Of a stretch of DNA of 124,000 bases, positions 82,845-92,565 are shown piece by piece (position 1 is the first letter of the stretch; every line of letters begins with the position of its first letter). The position numbers and the translations under genes were made by a program. The notes beneath the pieces are model-generated. The model had not been told where the DNA came from. It did not search any database and was given only the letters and a program-made list of their open reading frames with translations. The stretch comes from Hyalangium minutum (lineage in GTDB: Bacteria > Myxococcota > Myxococcia > Myxococcales > Myxococcaceae), in assembly GCF_000737315.1 (NCBI RefSeq), contig NZ_JMCB01000004.1:20001-144000 (forward strand), given 5' to 3'.

Positions 82845-83077
82845 GGCGTGCCCCCGCGGCCGTACTTGGAGAGCAGATCCTCCACCGCCTCGCGGAGGTA
82901 CTCGCTCTGGGCGATGCGCGAGCGCCGGGACAGCTCGCGGAGCTTCTGCACCTGCTCTTCGGCGACGAGGACGTGGGTGGATACGACTTCGGCCTCGGGA
83001 CCGGCGCGGCGCTCGCCGGTGTCGACCGGAGCCGACACGGTGTCGGCGCTCAACGGGCTGATGTTGCCATCCTGCAT
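82841..83077 (-). CDS. Ribbon-helix-helix DNA-binding protein (CdbA/CdbB-like pattern)
   Basis: VSTHVLV.EEQVQKLRELS......QSEYLREAVEDLLSKY fits the strand-helix-helix pattern. Confidence 0.78.
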   Translation of the reverse strand: MQDGNISPLSADTVSAPVDTGERRAGPEAEVVSTHVLVAEEQVQKLRELSRRSRIAQSEYLREAVEDLLSKYGRGGTP

Positions 83078-83157
83078 CGGGGGCCTCCTGCCTGACGGGC
83101 TGCTACAGGCCGCTACTGGCCTGTGGGGAGGCATTAGGAGGTCGCCAGGGCCTTCCG

Positions 83158-84090
83158 TCAAAAAAAGTACCCACGGCTGTGTGCCAGCCACCGCCAACCC
83201 AGCAGCACGGGCACGGCGAGCAGTCCGAGCAGCAGCCCCGTGCGCAGAGGCGTCGAGTGACGCCAGGGGGCGCTCAGGGCGGCGGAGGGGGTGGGCGCGA
83301 GCGGCTGGCTCGAGGCGGGTGCGGCCGGGCGGAGCGGACGCCGGATCAGGGTGCTCAGGAGCCGAGGGCGCGGGGCCGCGCCGTTGACGTAGACCTCGCG
83401 CTTGGGATGGCGGGCGCTCCGGACGATGGCGCGGGCAATGCGATCGGCGGCGTAGAGGGGCTCGAGCGGCTTCACGCGCTTGTGGGTGGCGGAGGCGCCC
83501 TGGTGGAGGAGCGGCGTGGTGAGCGTCGCGGGGAGCACGGTGACGACGCGGACGAGAGCGTCCCGGCCCTCTTGGCGCAGCGTCTCGGAGAGCCCGCGCA
83601 GGGCGTACTTCGAAGTCGCATAGGCGTTCTGGTACGGCGCGCCCAGGGTGCCGAAGACGGAGGAGACATTGATCAGCACGCCGTGGCCCTGCTGGTGGAA
83701 AGTGGGCAGGGCGGCGCGAGCCCCCTGGAGGTAGCCGACGAGGTGCGTCTCGACGCGCTGGCGGAAGGCGTCGGGCGGCGTGTCCTGGAGGCCGACGAAG
83801 AGGGACTCCTCCGCGTTGTTCACCCAGACGTCGATGCGCTGGAAGGCCCCCGCCGCGAGCTGTGCGAGCTCATGCGAGGAGGCCTCGTCCGTGACGTCGG
83901 CGGGGAGCACCAGGGTCCGCGCGCCCAGCCGCTCACATTCGGAGGCCAGCTGGCGCAGCGCGGACTCGCTGCGCGCGGTGAGGACCACGGTGGCGCCCTT
84001 GCGGGCGAACCGAAGCGCCGTGGCTCGGCCAATGGCGCTGGAAGCTCCTGTGATGACGACGACCGACTCGCGCAGTTTTGTGGCGCCCAT
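83158..84090 (-). CDS. Short-chain dehydrogenase/reductase
   Basis: TGASSAIG, WVNNA, NVSS and YATSK. Confidence 0.9.
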   Translation of the reverse strand: MGATKLRESVVVITGASSAIGRATALRFARKGATVVLTARSESALRQLASECERLGARTLVLPADVTDEASSHELAQLAAGAFQRIDVWVNNAEESLFVGLQDTPPDAFRQRVETHLVGYLQGARAALPTFHQQGHGVLINVSSVFGTLGAPYQNAYATSKYALRGLSETLRQEGRDALVRVVTVLPATLTTPLLHQGASATHKRVKPLEPLYAADRIARAIVRSARHPKREVYVNGAAPRPRLLSTLIRRPLRPAAPASSQPLAPTPSAALSAPWRHSTPLRTGLLLGLLAVPVLLGWRWLAHSRGYFF

Positions 84091-84192
84091 ACCCCTCCCG
84101 TGCTTGGCCTCCTCAAAATGGCCCTCTCCGCGGGTTCAGCGAGGCAGGAGGGGTGGAATGAGGGCTCTCCCGGTGCCCTGGAGGGCAGCCGG

Positions 84193-84423
84193 TCAAGCGA
84201 TGATGTCCGGCTTGCCGGGGGGCTGGTCGGGGACCGGCGGATCCTGAATCCCAGGAACGGGCTTGCCCGGCTCGGGCCCCCGAGGCGGCGGATCCTTCTC
84301 TGGAGGCTGTTTGGCGGGAGGGTCTCCTTCGGGTGCTTTCTCGGGAGGAGGCTCTCGCTGAGGAACTTCGGGGATGGGCTCCTTCACGGGCGCTTTCGGC
84401 GGTGGCGGAATCTCGACAGGCAT
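84193..84423 (-). CDS. Small Pro/Glu/Lys-rich hypothetical protein (76 aa)
   Basis: ATG after GAGGGA; low-complexity PP.E repeats. Confidence 0.5.
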   Translation of the reverse strand: MPVEIPPPPKAPVKEPIPEVPQREPPPEKAPEGDPPAKQPPEKDPPPRGPEPGKPVPGIQDPPVPDQPPGKPDIIA

Positions 84424-84635
84424 GGTCCCTCATCAGCACGGGCGAGCGCTCGGGCGTGAGGCCCACGCCTCGCCCTGGGTTCGAGCCTTCAAGGTGTCCA
84501 TCCCGCGAGGCCGGTGCAGTGGGACTGTCGCCGGGTCAACGCGAGGCAGACGGTGAAGGAGTTCCTTGCTCGGTTGCTGCTCAGGGGCAGCGTCGCCTTC
84601 ACGTTGAGGAGGCGAACACAAAGGGAGGCCAGGTG

Positions 84636-85829
84636 ATGACCAGAGCACGGTGGGTACTCGGCGGCGCGGGGCTCGGAGCGGCGGTGATGTACTGGGCGGA
84701 TCCACGCAGCGGGAGGGCCCGCCGGGCGCACGTCCGGGAGAAGGCGTGGCACCTGATGCTGAGCGTGGGGGATGCGTTGGAGGTGGTGGGGCGGGACATG
84801 GCGCACCGGGCGCGAGGGCTCGCGTTCAAGCTGCGCAGCCGGTTCCACGAGGAGGACGTGGACGACGTGACGCTGGAGGCGCGCGTGCGCTCGGCGCTCG
84901 GGCGGGTGTGCTCGCATCCGGGGTCGATCCAGGTCTCCTGCCGGCAAGGGCGGGTGGAGCTGAAGGGGCTGGTGCTGGCCAGCGAGGTGAAGCAGGTGCT
85001 CGCGCAGGTCCGCCATGTGCGCGGGGTCCAGGAGATCGACGATGACCTGGAGCCGCATCCGGAGGCGGGGAACCATCCGAAGCTTCAAGGGGGCATCGAG
85101 CGCCCGGGGGTGCGGCCGGAGTTGATGCAGCGGAGCTGGTCTCCGTCGGCGCGGTTCCTGGTGGGGCTGGGGAGCCTGGGGCTGCTGGCGTATGGGCTCT
85201 CGAGTCGAGGCGTGGTGCGGTGGGGGCTGGGCGGGGTGAGCTTGCTGCTGGGAGTGCGCAGCGTGACGAACGTGGAACTGCGGCGGCTGACGGGGGTGGG
85301 GGTAGGGCCGCAGGCGCTGACGCTTCATAAGGACATCACCGTGAGCGCGCCGGTGAATGAGGTGTTCGCGTTCTGGCAGGCCATGCACAACTTCCCGCGC
85401 TTCATGCGGCACGTGGAGGAGGTGCGGCTGCACAAAGAGGGCCGCTCGAGCTGGAAGGTGCGCGGGCCGGCGGGCATTCTCTTCGAGTGGGACGCGGTGA
85501 CGACACGTATCGAGCCCGGGAAGCTGCTCGAGTGGAAGAGCGTGGAGGGGGCGATGGTGGAGAACGCGGGCTGCATCCGCTTCGAAGATGTGGGGAACGG
85601 GCGGACGCGGCTGGACATCCGGCTGTCGTACAACCCACCGGCGGGAGCCATCGGGCACGCGTTCGCGCGGCTGCTGGGGGCGGATCCGAAGAGGCAGATG
85701 GACGATGATCTGCTGCGCTTCAAGTCGCTGATGGAGCTGGGCAAGACGACAGGGCACGAGACGGTGCGGCGGGACGAGCTCGTGCCAGGGCGTGGGGTGG
85801 AGAACTGGGTCTACTCGGAGCGGGGCTGA
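84636..85829 (+). CDS. BON + SRPBCC domain membrane protein
   Basis: BON domain (DDVTLEARVRSAL..GRVELKG.V), TM hairpin, SRPBCC (NFPRFMRHV..WKV.GPAG). Confidence 0.85.
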   Translation: MTRARWVLGGAGLGAAVMYWADPRSGRARRAHVREKAWHLMLSVGDALEVVGRDMAHRARGLAFKLRSRFHEEDVDDVTLEARVRSALGRVCSHPGSIQVSCRQGRVELKGLVLASEVKQVLAQVRHVRGVQEIDDDLEPHPEAGNHPKLQGGIERPGVRPELMQRSWSPSARFLVGLGSLGLLAYGLSSRGVVRWGLGGVSLLLGVRSVTNVELRRLTGVGVGPQALTLHKDITVSAPVNEVFAFWQAMHNFPRFMRHVEEVRLHKEGRSSWKVRGPAGILFEWDAVTTRIEPGKLLEWKSVEGAMVENAGCIRFEDVGNGRTRLDIRLSYNPPAGAIGHAFARLLGADPKRQMDDDLLRFKSLMELGKTTGHETVRRDELVPGRGVENWVYSERG

Positions 85830-85912
85830 GCGGTGGCAGGGTTGCCTGCTCGGTTCGGGTGGATCCGGACGGGGCTGCTTGTTAGGCACAGAACTTCACC
85901 CAAGGAGTAGCT

Positions 85913-86404
85913 GTGTTCCGACTCGAGACAGATCGGGCCCTCATCGAGGCCTTTCGCCCGCGGGATCGCCGGGTGATCGAGATGCCCGAGAACGTGATGT
86001 TCCCGCTCTTCGTGCGCGACTACCTGGCGTGGACGGAGACGTCGGGGGCACGGGTGTACCTGGTGTTCGCCGCGCCGGTCAGCCGCAAGCCGATTGGCAT
86101 CATCTTCCGGAGGGAGTCGCAGGACAGTGGGGTGGGCACGTCACGCATCTGCGAGTGGTGCCACAGCTACGGCTCGTCGAGCGAGGTGGGGCTGTTGACC
86201 ACGGACGTGAACAGCAAGCGCCGGGTGGGGGTGCACCTCTGCCTGGACCTGCGGTGCAAGGAGAAGCTGGAGGACGCGGCGGATCGGGCCGGGCGGCATC
86301 CGATCGAGATCCTCAAGCAGCTCCAGGAGCGCATGTTCCGCTTCGCGCACGAGGCGCTCGGCATCGAGGCCCAGCCCACGTCAGATCGGGCTGTCGTTCC
86401 GTAG
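85913..86404 (+). CDS. FBP C-terminal treble-clef zinc-finger domain protein
   Basis: DYLAW, CEWCH and CLDL.C. Confidence 0.8.
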   Translation: MFRLETDRALIEAFRPRDRRVIEMPENVMFPLFVRDYLAWTETSGARVYLVFAAPVSRKPIGIIFRRESQDSGVGTSRICEWCHSYGSSSEVGLLTTDVNSKRRVGVHLCLDLRCKEKLEDAADRAGRHPIEILKQLQERMFRFAHEALGIEAQPTSDRAVVP

Positions 86405-86451
86405 GAAGCGAGCGGGAGACCCATGAGGTAGGGTAGGGTGCTGAGGAGCGG

Positions 86452-87975
86452 ATGTCCGCCCTGCACTGGAGCCCACCCATGGGGAAGCGAGAGCCCTTGC
86501 TGGAAGAGAACCCGCGCTGCTTGCCAGTGGGGATGCAGGTGGGCCCGTGGCGGGTAGTGGGCTTCGGAGGGCTGGGGGCCTACGGCACCACGTATCAGGT
86601 GGAGCGGGTGGGGCGCGAAGACGAGGGACCGTTCGCGCTCAAGCTGGCGGTGTACCCGGGAGATGAGCGCTTCGAGCGCGAGGCGAAGCTGCTCTCGCGC
86701 ATCCGCAGCCCGTTCGTTCCGCGGCTCCATGATCAGGGCGTGTGGGAGTTCGCTTCGGGCCGCCATCCCTATCTCGTCATGGACTGGATCGACGGCGAGC
86801 CGCTGTATGAGTGGGCCGCGCGGCGAAACCCCTCGCAGCGGCAGGTGCTGGGACTGGTGGCGCAGGTAGCGCGAGCCCTGGCGGACACGCATGCGGCCGG
86901 GGGCCTTCACCGGGATGTGAAGGGCGCGAACGTGCTGGTGAGGCGCGCGGACGGTCAGGCGATCCTCACGGACTTTGGCGCGGGGGACTACCGGGGAGCG
87001 GAGACGTTGACGTCGAAGCTGTTGCCCCCGGGGACGCCGGCCTACCGCAGCCCCGAGGCGTGGGCATTCCTGAGTGCATTCCGGCGGCACCCCACCGTGC
87101 ACTACCCGGCCAGCACGTGCGACGACCTGTTTGCCTTGGGAGTGATGGCGTACCGGCTGGTGACGGACCAGTACCCGCCGTTGACGAACCCGTCGGTGCC
87201 CGGCTCGGAGGTGTGGCGAGAGGGAGGGGGTGGGCCGCGTCCGCCGAGTGCGCTCAATCCGCAGGTGGGCTCTGAGCTGGACAGGCTGATTCTCCGGCTG
87301 TTGGCGGTGGCTCCCGAGGAGCGATTTCAAGGTGTGGCGCAGGAGGCCGCCCAGGCAGCGGAGCGGGCCCGAGAGAGCATTCCCCCCGAGAGAGACACGC
87401 CGTTGTTCCGCTGGAGCTTGGGGCGTGGCCCGGGCTGGCGGTCACCGGAGGCGGTGAAGTGGGCAGAGGAGCGGGAGGCAGAGAGAGCGGAGCTCGCGCG
87501 GCGGAGGGCGGAGGAACGGGTTCGGGCCGCAAGTGCTGCGGTGCAGGTCCGCCCTGTCGAGTTCACGTGGACATGGGGTGTGGAGGGCGCAGCTGCGGCG
87601 GTGGCGGTGCTCCTCCTGCTCATGGTGGGCGCGGCGCTGAACCGTGCCCACGAGTTGCTCGAGGGCGTGGCTGCGGAGGGGGCGGCTGTGGCGGTGGGGG
87701 ATCGCCGACTCCACGTGCCTTGCGAGACGTGCGCTCGGAAGGAGCGGGAAGAGAGCACTGCCACCGTGACCCAGCCGCTGCCCGAGAAGCCGCTGCCAGG
87801 GCAGCGCAAGCCACCGTGCAACAAGAACGGACAGACGGAACTCAGGGGTGGGTGTTGGTACCGGCTCAACGATGCCAAGCCCCCCTGCGCAGAGGACAAC
87901 TACGTGTGGCAGGGAGCCTGTTACGCGCCGGTGCCCGCTTCCACGCGGCCCCAGCCCGCAGCGGATCCGCCGTAG
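86452..87975 (+). CDS. Ser/Thr protein kinase
   Basis: FALKL, HRDVKGAN, DFG and GTPAYRSPE; Cys-containing C-terminal domain. Confidence 0.92.
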   Translation: MSALHWSPPMGKREPLLEENPRCLPVGMQVGPWRVVGFGGLGAYGTTYQVERVGREDEGPFALKLAVYPGDERFEREAKLLSRIRSPFVPRLHDQGVWEFASGRHPYLVMDWIDGEPLYEWAARRNPSQRQVLGLVAQVARALADTHAAGGLHRDVKGANVLVRRADGQAILTDFGAGDYRGAETLTSKLLPPGTPAYRSPEAWAFLSAFRRHPTVHYPASTCDDLFALGVMAYRLVTDQYPPLTNPSVPGSEVWREGGGGPRPPSALNPQVGSELDRLILRLLAVAPEERFQGVAQEAAQAAERARESIPPERDTPLFRWSLGRGPGWRSPEAVKWAEEREAERAELARRRAEERVRAASAAVQVRPVEFTWTWGVEGAAAAVAVLLLLMVGAALNRAHELLEGVAAEGAAVAVGDRRLHVPCETCARKEREESTATVTQPLPEKPLPGQRKPPCNKNGQTELRGGCWYRLNDAKPPCAEDNYVWQGACYAPVPASTRPQPAADPP

Positions 87976-88151
87976 CCGCCAGGAATCTCACGCTGCGGAG
88001 GGAGCACCATATAAAGGTGGGAGTCAGTGGGGGCCTCTCCTCCGCAGGAGGGCCCTGGTTGGTCGTCACAGCTGACCAGTCAGCTGTGGCGAACGCCGAC
88101 TCCCCGCTGAGTGGTGACCGGAACGCAGCGAGTCGCAAGGGTCGGACAAAG

Positions 88152-88191
88152 AAAAGCCCCGGAATCACTCAAGAAAGTGACTCCGGGGCTT
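88152..88191 (-). terminator. Terminator downstream of tRNA
   Basis: AAGCCCCGGAGTCAC-loop-GTGATTCCGGGGCTT followed by T-rich sequence on the minus strand. Confidence 0.8.
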
Positions 88192-88192
88192 G

Positions 88193-88266
88193 TGGCCAGG
88201 GTCGGACTTGAACCGACTACCTGCGGATTATGAGACCGCCGCTCTAACCAGATGAGCTACCTGGCC
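88193..88266 (-). tRNA. tRNA with CAT anticodon (elongator Met or Ile2)
   Basis: The reverse complement GGCCAGGTAGCTCATCTGGTTAGAGCGGCGGTCTCATAATCCGCAGGTAGTCGGTTCAAGTCCGACCCTGGCCA folds as a cloverleaf; CCA is not encoded. Confidence 0.92.
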
Positions 88267-88548
88267 GTGATGTGGGCGCCCTTACTACTGCTCCTGCATG
88301 CGCCATGCAACTGGTACGGACTGCGTACCGGGTGGAGCCCTGAAACCGGCTCCACGGGCGGCTCTATACCACACGGTTTTCCGGGGGCAACGAGAAGGAT
88401 GCGCTCTCGCAGCGTGCCCTGTTCAAGAGGTCTCCTATCGCCTCCCGGCCCAGGTCCCGGCGTCCAAGCCAGTGCAGCATGCACGGCTCCGAGATCGAGC
88501 GGCTGGCCCGTGGTGAGCATTGGCGAGGGAGTGCGCCCTTCCATACGC

Positions 88549-89466
88549 TCACTGAGCCATCGTCTCATCCCAGAAAAGGGGCTGGCATGAGTAGGGCTTG
88601 TCCTCCCAACGGCGGCTACAGTGATAGCCGTCTCCGCATACATCGGGGGCATGAGGATCGCAGTCTGGCATGCAGTGATAGCCGTCGCAGACCTTCCCAG
88701 CGCCGCAGGGCGGCAAGCCATCGCCACACTCCTCGACACACTCCATCCACACCTTGCCTGGATGCGGAGGGGCGTAGTCCACTTTGCATTGGCGACCATC
88801 AGGGCAGGGAGTCTGCTGGCACTGGGGGCCATACACCTGCGCGCACACGGAAACACCTTCACTGAACTGGATGCACTGCTGACCCGAGGGGCATCCGCGA
88901 GTCATGCACGTAGGCAGGCAGGCGAACTGGGGAACGGTGTCGGCGCAGAAGAAGCCCTCGGGACAGCCCTTGTTGTCGTCCATGCGGCAAGGTCGGGCAC
89001 ACCACTCCTCTTCACGGCCGCTGCACAGCCATTCAGGAGCGCAGGCATTCGCTTTGTCCCATGGAAGCGTGACGCAGCCGTCCCCTTCCTGGCGCGGACC
89101 CACGGGGACACAGCGGCGAACCTGGGGTCCGTCTCCCCAGGTGGCAATGCGGCGACAGACCTCGCCTTCCAGGCACTGCTCATCCGTCAGGCACTCGCTG
89201 TCAATGCAGGTGGTCCGTGGGTAGCGGTAATCGGAAAAGCAGCCCAGCGGCGGCTCACACTTCTCCTGGCCCGGACCACAGGGCCGCCCGTACGTCGTCA
89301 AGCGCATACGCTGGTCGTGGGTGAGGATGGGGCTGGCGCGCACCCCAGGGGGCGCATCCGTCGGCACCTCTGGCTTCAGCAGCCCCCACAGCAGCACCAG
89401 CAGGGGCAGAGGCAGCAGCACTCCCACGAAGACAGCTACCCACTTGCGCCAGCTCCTCGTCCGCAC
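88549..89466 (-). CDS. Single-TM cysteine-rich hypothetical protein
   Basis: N-terminal TM followed by many C-x-C repeats (SECLTDEQC, CPEGFFC, CPSGQQC). Confidence 0.8.
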   Translation of the reverse strand: MRTRSWRKWVAVFVGVLLPLPLLVLLWGLLKPEVPTDAPPGVRASPILTHDQRMRLTTYGRPCGPGQEKCEPPLGCFSDYRYPRTTCIDSECLTDEQCLEGEVCRRIATWGDGPQVRRCVPVGPRQEGDGCVTLPWDKANACAPEWLCSGREEEWCARPCRMDDNKGCPEGFFCADTVPQFACLPTCMTRGCPSGQQCIQFSEGVSVCAQVYGPQCQQTPCPDGRQCKVDYAPPHPGKVWMECVEECGDGLPPCGAGKVCDGYHCMPDCDPHAPDVCGDGYHCSRRWEDKPYSCQPLFWDETMAQ

Positions 89467-89688
89467 CTACGGCGGCCCTCCGCACTCAAGACACTCCTTC
89501 GAGTGCTCCTTGCCACGCGCGCAGACCCGCTTGCGTTCCTGGTCCGCGCATCTCCTGATGATGATGACCTGTTCCTGCGCGTCCTTGTGGGCAGCCTTGG
89601 CAATGCGGCCGTCCTTGCCGAATTCAGAGGGGCAGCCGGTTGTTGCCATGACTGAAAGTACGAGCACTCCCGCCCGGAGCCAACCCAT
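89467..89688 (-). CDS. Small cysteine-containing lipoprotein
   Basis: Lipobox TTGC; abuts the downstream Cys-rich gene. Confidence 0.72.
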   Translation of the reverse strand: MGWLRAGVLVLSVMATTGCPSEFGKDGRIAKAAHKDAQEQVIIIRRCADQERKRVCARGKEHSKECLECGGPP

Positions 89689-89808
89689 GAGTCCCTCCCG
89701 TGAAGGACCCTCGACGCTACCAGCGCGGATCCCGTTGCGTCCACGTTGCGGGCAGGGAGGTGGTGCCCAACGTGTCGCGATGAGCCCGCAGGTTGCGTGT
89801 GCGACTTC

Positions 89809-90168
89809 CTACTCAGGCCGGGGCGGCTCGTCCGCTCCAGGTACCAGAATCTTCTCGCCACGCATGCGGGCTCGGAACACCGCAGCCCGCATCAGAAAGA
89901 GGGTGGTGATCGGCGCGGTGAGAGCAATGAACACCGCGATGAGCAGCGCATGAAGATAGAGCTGGCTGTGCTCGAAGGAGATCTGCACCGCCGTGGCGAG
90001 TGCGAAGCCCCAGGTTCCCAGGGTCGCGCCCAAGGTCGGCGCGTGCACGCGCTGAAAGAAGCTCTTCAGACGCAGCAACCCGAACGAGCCGAGCAGTGCC
90101 GCCAGAGCGCCCACCACCACGAGCAACGCGGTCAGAGTATCCACCCACAGAGGAGTCCATCCGTTCAT
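89809..90168 (-). CDS. phaG: Cation/H+ antiporter subunit G
   Basis: GSFGLLRL..FFQRVHAPT and LTAPIT..FL.RAA. Confidence 0.9.
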   Translation of the reverse strand: MNGWTPLWVDTLTALLVVVGALAALLGSFGLLRLKSFFQRVHAPTLGATLGTWGFALATAVQISFEHSQLYLHALLIAVFIALTAPITTLFLMRAAVFRARMRGEKILVPGADEPPRPE

Positions 90169-90443
90169 TCGATGATCTCCCCGCGCAGGAGGAACTTGGA
90201 CATTGCCGTGGAGCCCACGAACCCAAACAGGGCGATCAACAGCGCCGCCTCGAAGTAGGAACTGCTGCGGTAGATAAGCCCGAGCGCGAGGATGACCAGC
90301 ATCACGTTCAGGTACAGGCAGTCGAACGCCAGCACGCGGTCCTCCGCCCGGGGTCCGAGAATCATCCGTGCCAGTGCCAGCATCATCGCGAGGGCAAGAC
90401 AGCCCAGGGCGAAGGCCAGCGCCCAGGAGAGGAGAGGGCTCAT
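90165..90443 (-). CDS. phaF: Cation/H+ antiporter subunit F
   Basis: GPRAEDRVLAFD and ALFGFVGSTAMSKFLLRG. Start moved to ATG 90443. Confidence 0.9.
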   Translation of the reverse strand: MSPLLSWALAFALGCLALAMMLALARMILGPRAEDRVLAFDCLYLNVMLVILALGLIYRSSSYFEAALLIALFGFVGSTAMSKFLLRGEIIE

Positions 90444-90928
90444 TCGAAGATCTCCTGGAGCGAGCGCTCGTAGCGCTGCTTGATGAAAGCCACCAAAGCC
90501 TCCTCGCTCTGAATGGCGAGCACGTGCAGCAGCAGGACGCGATTGTCCGCCGACAGTTGTGCCCAGGCCGTGCCCGGCGTGAAAGTGACGATCATCGCCA
90601 GCACCGCCAACCCATTCGGATCCTTCAGCTCGAGCGGGATTTGGACAAACCCGGAGCGAACGGCGCTCGAGCGCTGGGTGAGGATCACCCAGGCCACCTC
90701 TGCGTTCGACCGCAACATCTCGAGCACGACCCGGCAGAACAGGCGTGCCATGACGAAGGGCTTGCGCAACCGCACGGGGGCGGGCCTGAGTCGGACGGTG
90801 ACCACGGGCCAGAACAGCGCCAGGGCGGCGCCCAATACCAGCGTGCCCGCGCTCACCGACTGCATGAGCAGAATCCAGAGCAGGAGCAGTGCCACCGAGA
90901 GCACAGGGAAAGGGATGAGCCTCCTCAT
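90440..90928 (-). CDS. phaE: Cation/H+ antiporter subunit E
   Basis: IVTFTPGT, LLHVL and YERSL.EIF. Confidence 0.9.
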   Translation of the reverse strand: MRRLIPFPVLSVALLLLWILLMQSVSAGTLVLGAALALFWPVVTVRLRPAPVRLRKPFVMARLFCRVVLEMLRSNAEVAWVILTQRSSAVRSGFVQIPLELKDPNGLAVLAMIVTFTPGTAWAQLSADNRVLLLHVLAIQSEEALVAFIKQRYERSLQEIFE

Positions 90929-92565
90929 CGATCGTCCTCCCGCACCGTGGCCGGCGGCCGTACCGCTGCTCCGAGAACCGCGTCAATGTACCCCCGGCGG
91001 TCATAGAGGGATTGCGCCGTCGCGCGCGCGAGCTCCATCGTGGGCCCCGCTGCGAGCGTCAGCACTCCGCATGCGGCGAGGAGCGCCACCAGGGGCAACC
91101 CCTCCGGCGCACGAACCTGCGGGGGCGTGCGCTGCATCTCTGGCCAGAAAGTCCGGATCCCTGTCCGCGTGAGCGCGATGAGGGTGAGCAAGCCGCAACC
91201 CAGCAGCACGCCGGTGAACAGCCATGCACGGGGGGAGACAGGCGCGCTCCCGGAGCCCGGCCCAAGCGCCGCCGACAACATGCCGAGCTTGCCGATGAAG
91301 GTGGAAAGGGGAGGCAGGCCCGAGGTGAGCAGCGTGCACGCGACGAAGGCCATGCCCATCAGCGCGGTGGAAGCGGGGAAGGGCAGGGCGACGAGCGGCT
91401 CCCCCTCGTCGTCGAGGTTGACCTCCTGCGCTTCGAGCGTTGCGCTCAGGAAGGGCGCCTCGTCCACCGCCGTCGACCCCGTGCGCCACCGCTCGACAAG
91501 GTCAACGAGCAGGAAGAACGCGCTGGAGGCCAGCGTGGAGCTCACCAGGTAGAACATCGCGGAGCCGAGGACGGCTTCCTCTCCCAGCCCCAGTGCGGCC
91601 AGGAGCGTCCCGGCGGAGACCATCACCCCCGCCGCCGCCTGGACCGCGAGCCGCTGCGAGGCGATCATCCCCAGGGCCGCGAGCACCGCGGAGACCCCTC
91701 CGAACACGAACAGGCCGTCCGCGCCGAACCCCGCCAATGGCCCCCCGGCGAACATCAGCGTCCACAGCCGCATCAGTGCGTAGACACCGACCTTTGTCAG
91801 CACGGCGAACATCGCTGCCACGGGCGGAGTCGCCGACGCATAGGCGGGGACGAGCCAGAAGTTGAGCGGCCAGGCCGCCGCCTTGGCCAGGAACGCCACC
91901 GCGAGGATGGCTGCTCCCGCGTCGATGAGGTGTCTGTTGGCTACGTTCCCCTCGGAAAGGCGCGCGGAGAGCTCCGCCATGTTCAGCGTCCCCGTGACGC
92001 CGTAGATCATCGACACGCCGATGAGGAACAGTGACGAGGCGGCCAGGTTCACCGCCACGTAGTGCACCCCCGCGCGGACCCGCGGCTTTCCAGCGCCGTG
92101 CAGCAACAGGCCGTACGAGGCGGCGAGCAGGATCTCGAAGAAGACGAAGAGGTTGAAGACGTCGGCCGTCAGGAACGCGCCCGAGAGCCCCATGAGCTGC
92201 AGTTGAAAGAGCGGGTGGAAGTGAACGCCCGCGCGGTGCCAGCGCGCGGAGGCGAAGGAGAGCGCGCAGGTGCCCAGGATCCACGTCAGCACCAGCAGTC
92301 CCGCCGAGAGGCGGTCCACCGCGAGCGTGATTCCGAACGGCGCGGGCCAGTTGCCGGGCAGGTAGGCCACCGCGCCGTAGGCGTCCACCCAAGCGAAGAG
92401 TGCCACCGAGAGGGCGAGCCCCAGGAGCGCGGAGCTCATCCCCAGCACCAGCTTGGCGGGGCGCCTTCCCTCGCCCATGAGGACCATCACCGCCGCGATC
92501 AACATCGGCAGGAGGATGGGGGCCACCATCAAGTGGGGCATCAGGCCTTGGATGAGTGCCGTCAT
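90925..92565 (-). CDS. phaD: Cation/H+ antiporter subunit D
   Basis: GNWPAPFGI.L..DRLS, DVFNLFVFFEI and KAAAWPL.FWL. Confidence 0.93.
   Translation of the reverse strand: MTALIQGLMPHLMVAPILLPMLIAAVMVLMGEGRRPAKLVLGMSSALLGLALSVALFAWVDAYGAVAYLPGNWPAPFGITLAVDRLSAGLLVLTWILGTCALSFASARWHRAGVHFHPLFQLQLMGLSGAFLTADVFNLFVFFEILLAASYGLLLHGAGKPRVRAGVHYVAVNLAASSLFLIGVSMIYGVTGTLNMAELSARLSEGNVANRHLIDAGAAILAVAFLAKAAAWPLNFWLVPAYASATPPVAAMFAVLTKVGVYALMRLWTLMFAGGPLAGFGADGLFVFGGVSAVLAALGMIASQRLAVQAAAGVMVSAGTLLAALGLGEEAVLGSAMFYLVSSTLASSAFFLLVDLVERWRTGSTAVDEAPFLSATLEAQEVNLDDEGEPLVALPFPASTALMGMAFVACTLLTSGLPPLSTFIGKLGMLSAALGPGSGSAPVSPRAWLFTGVLLGCGLLTLIALTRTGIRTFWPEMQRTPPQVRAPEGLPLVALLAACGVLTLAAGPTMELARATAQSLYDRRGYIDAVLGAAVRPPATVREDDR

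Noticed and set aside
82841-83077. Naming the RHH gene cdbA or cdbB
   Set aside because: Only pattern similarity is seen. No adjacent RHH paralog is present and orthology needs a search.
88193-88266. Initiator tRNA-fMet
   Set aside because: It has a paired G1:C72 and lacks the three consecutive G:C pairs in the anticodon stem. Met versus Ile2 cannot be resolved by eye.
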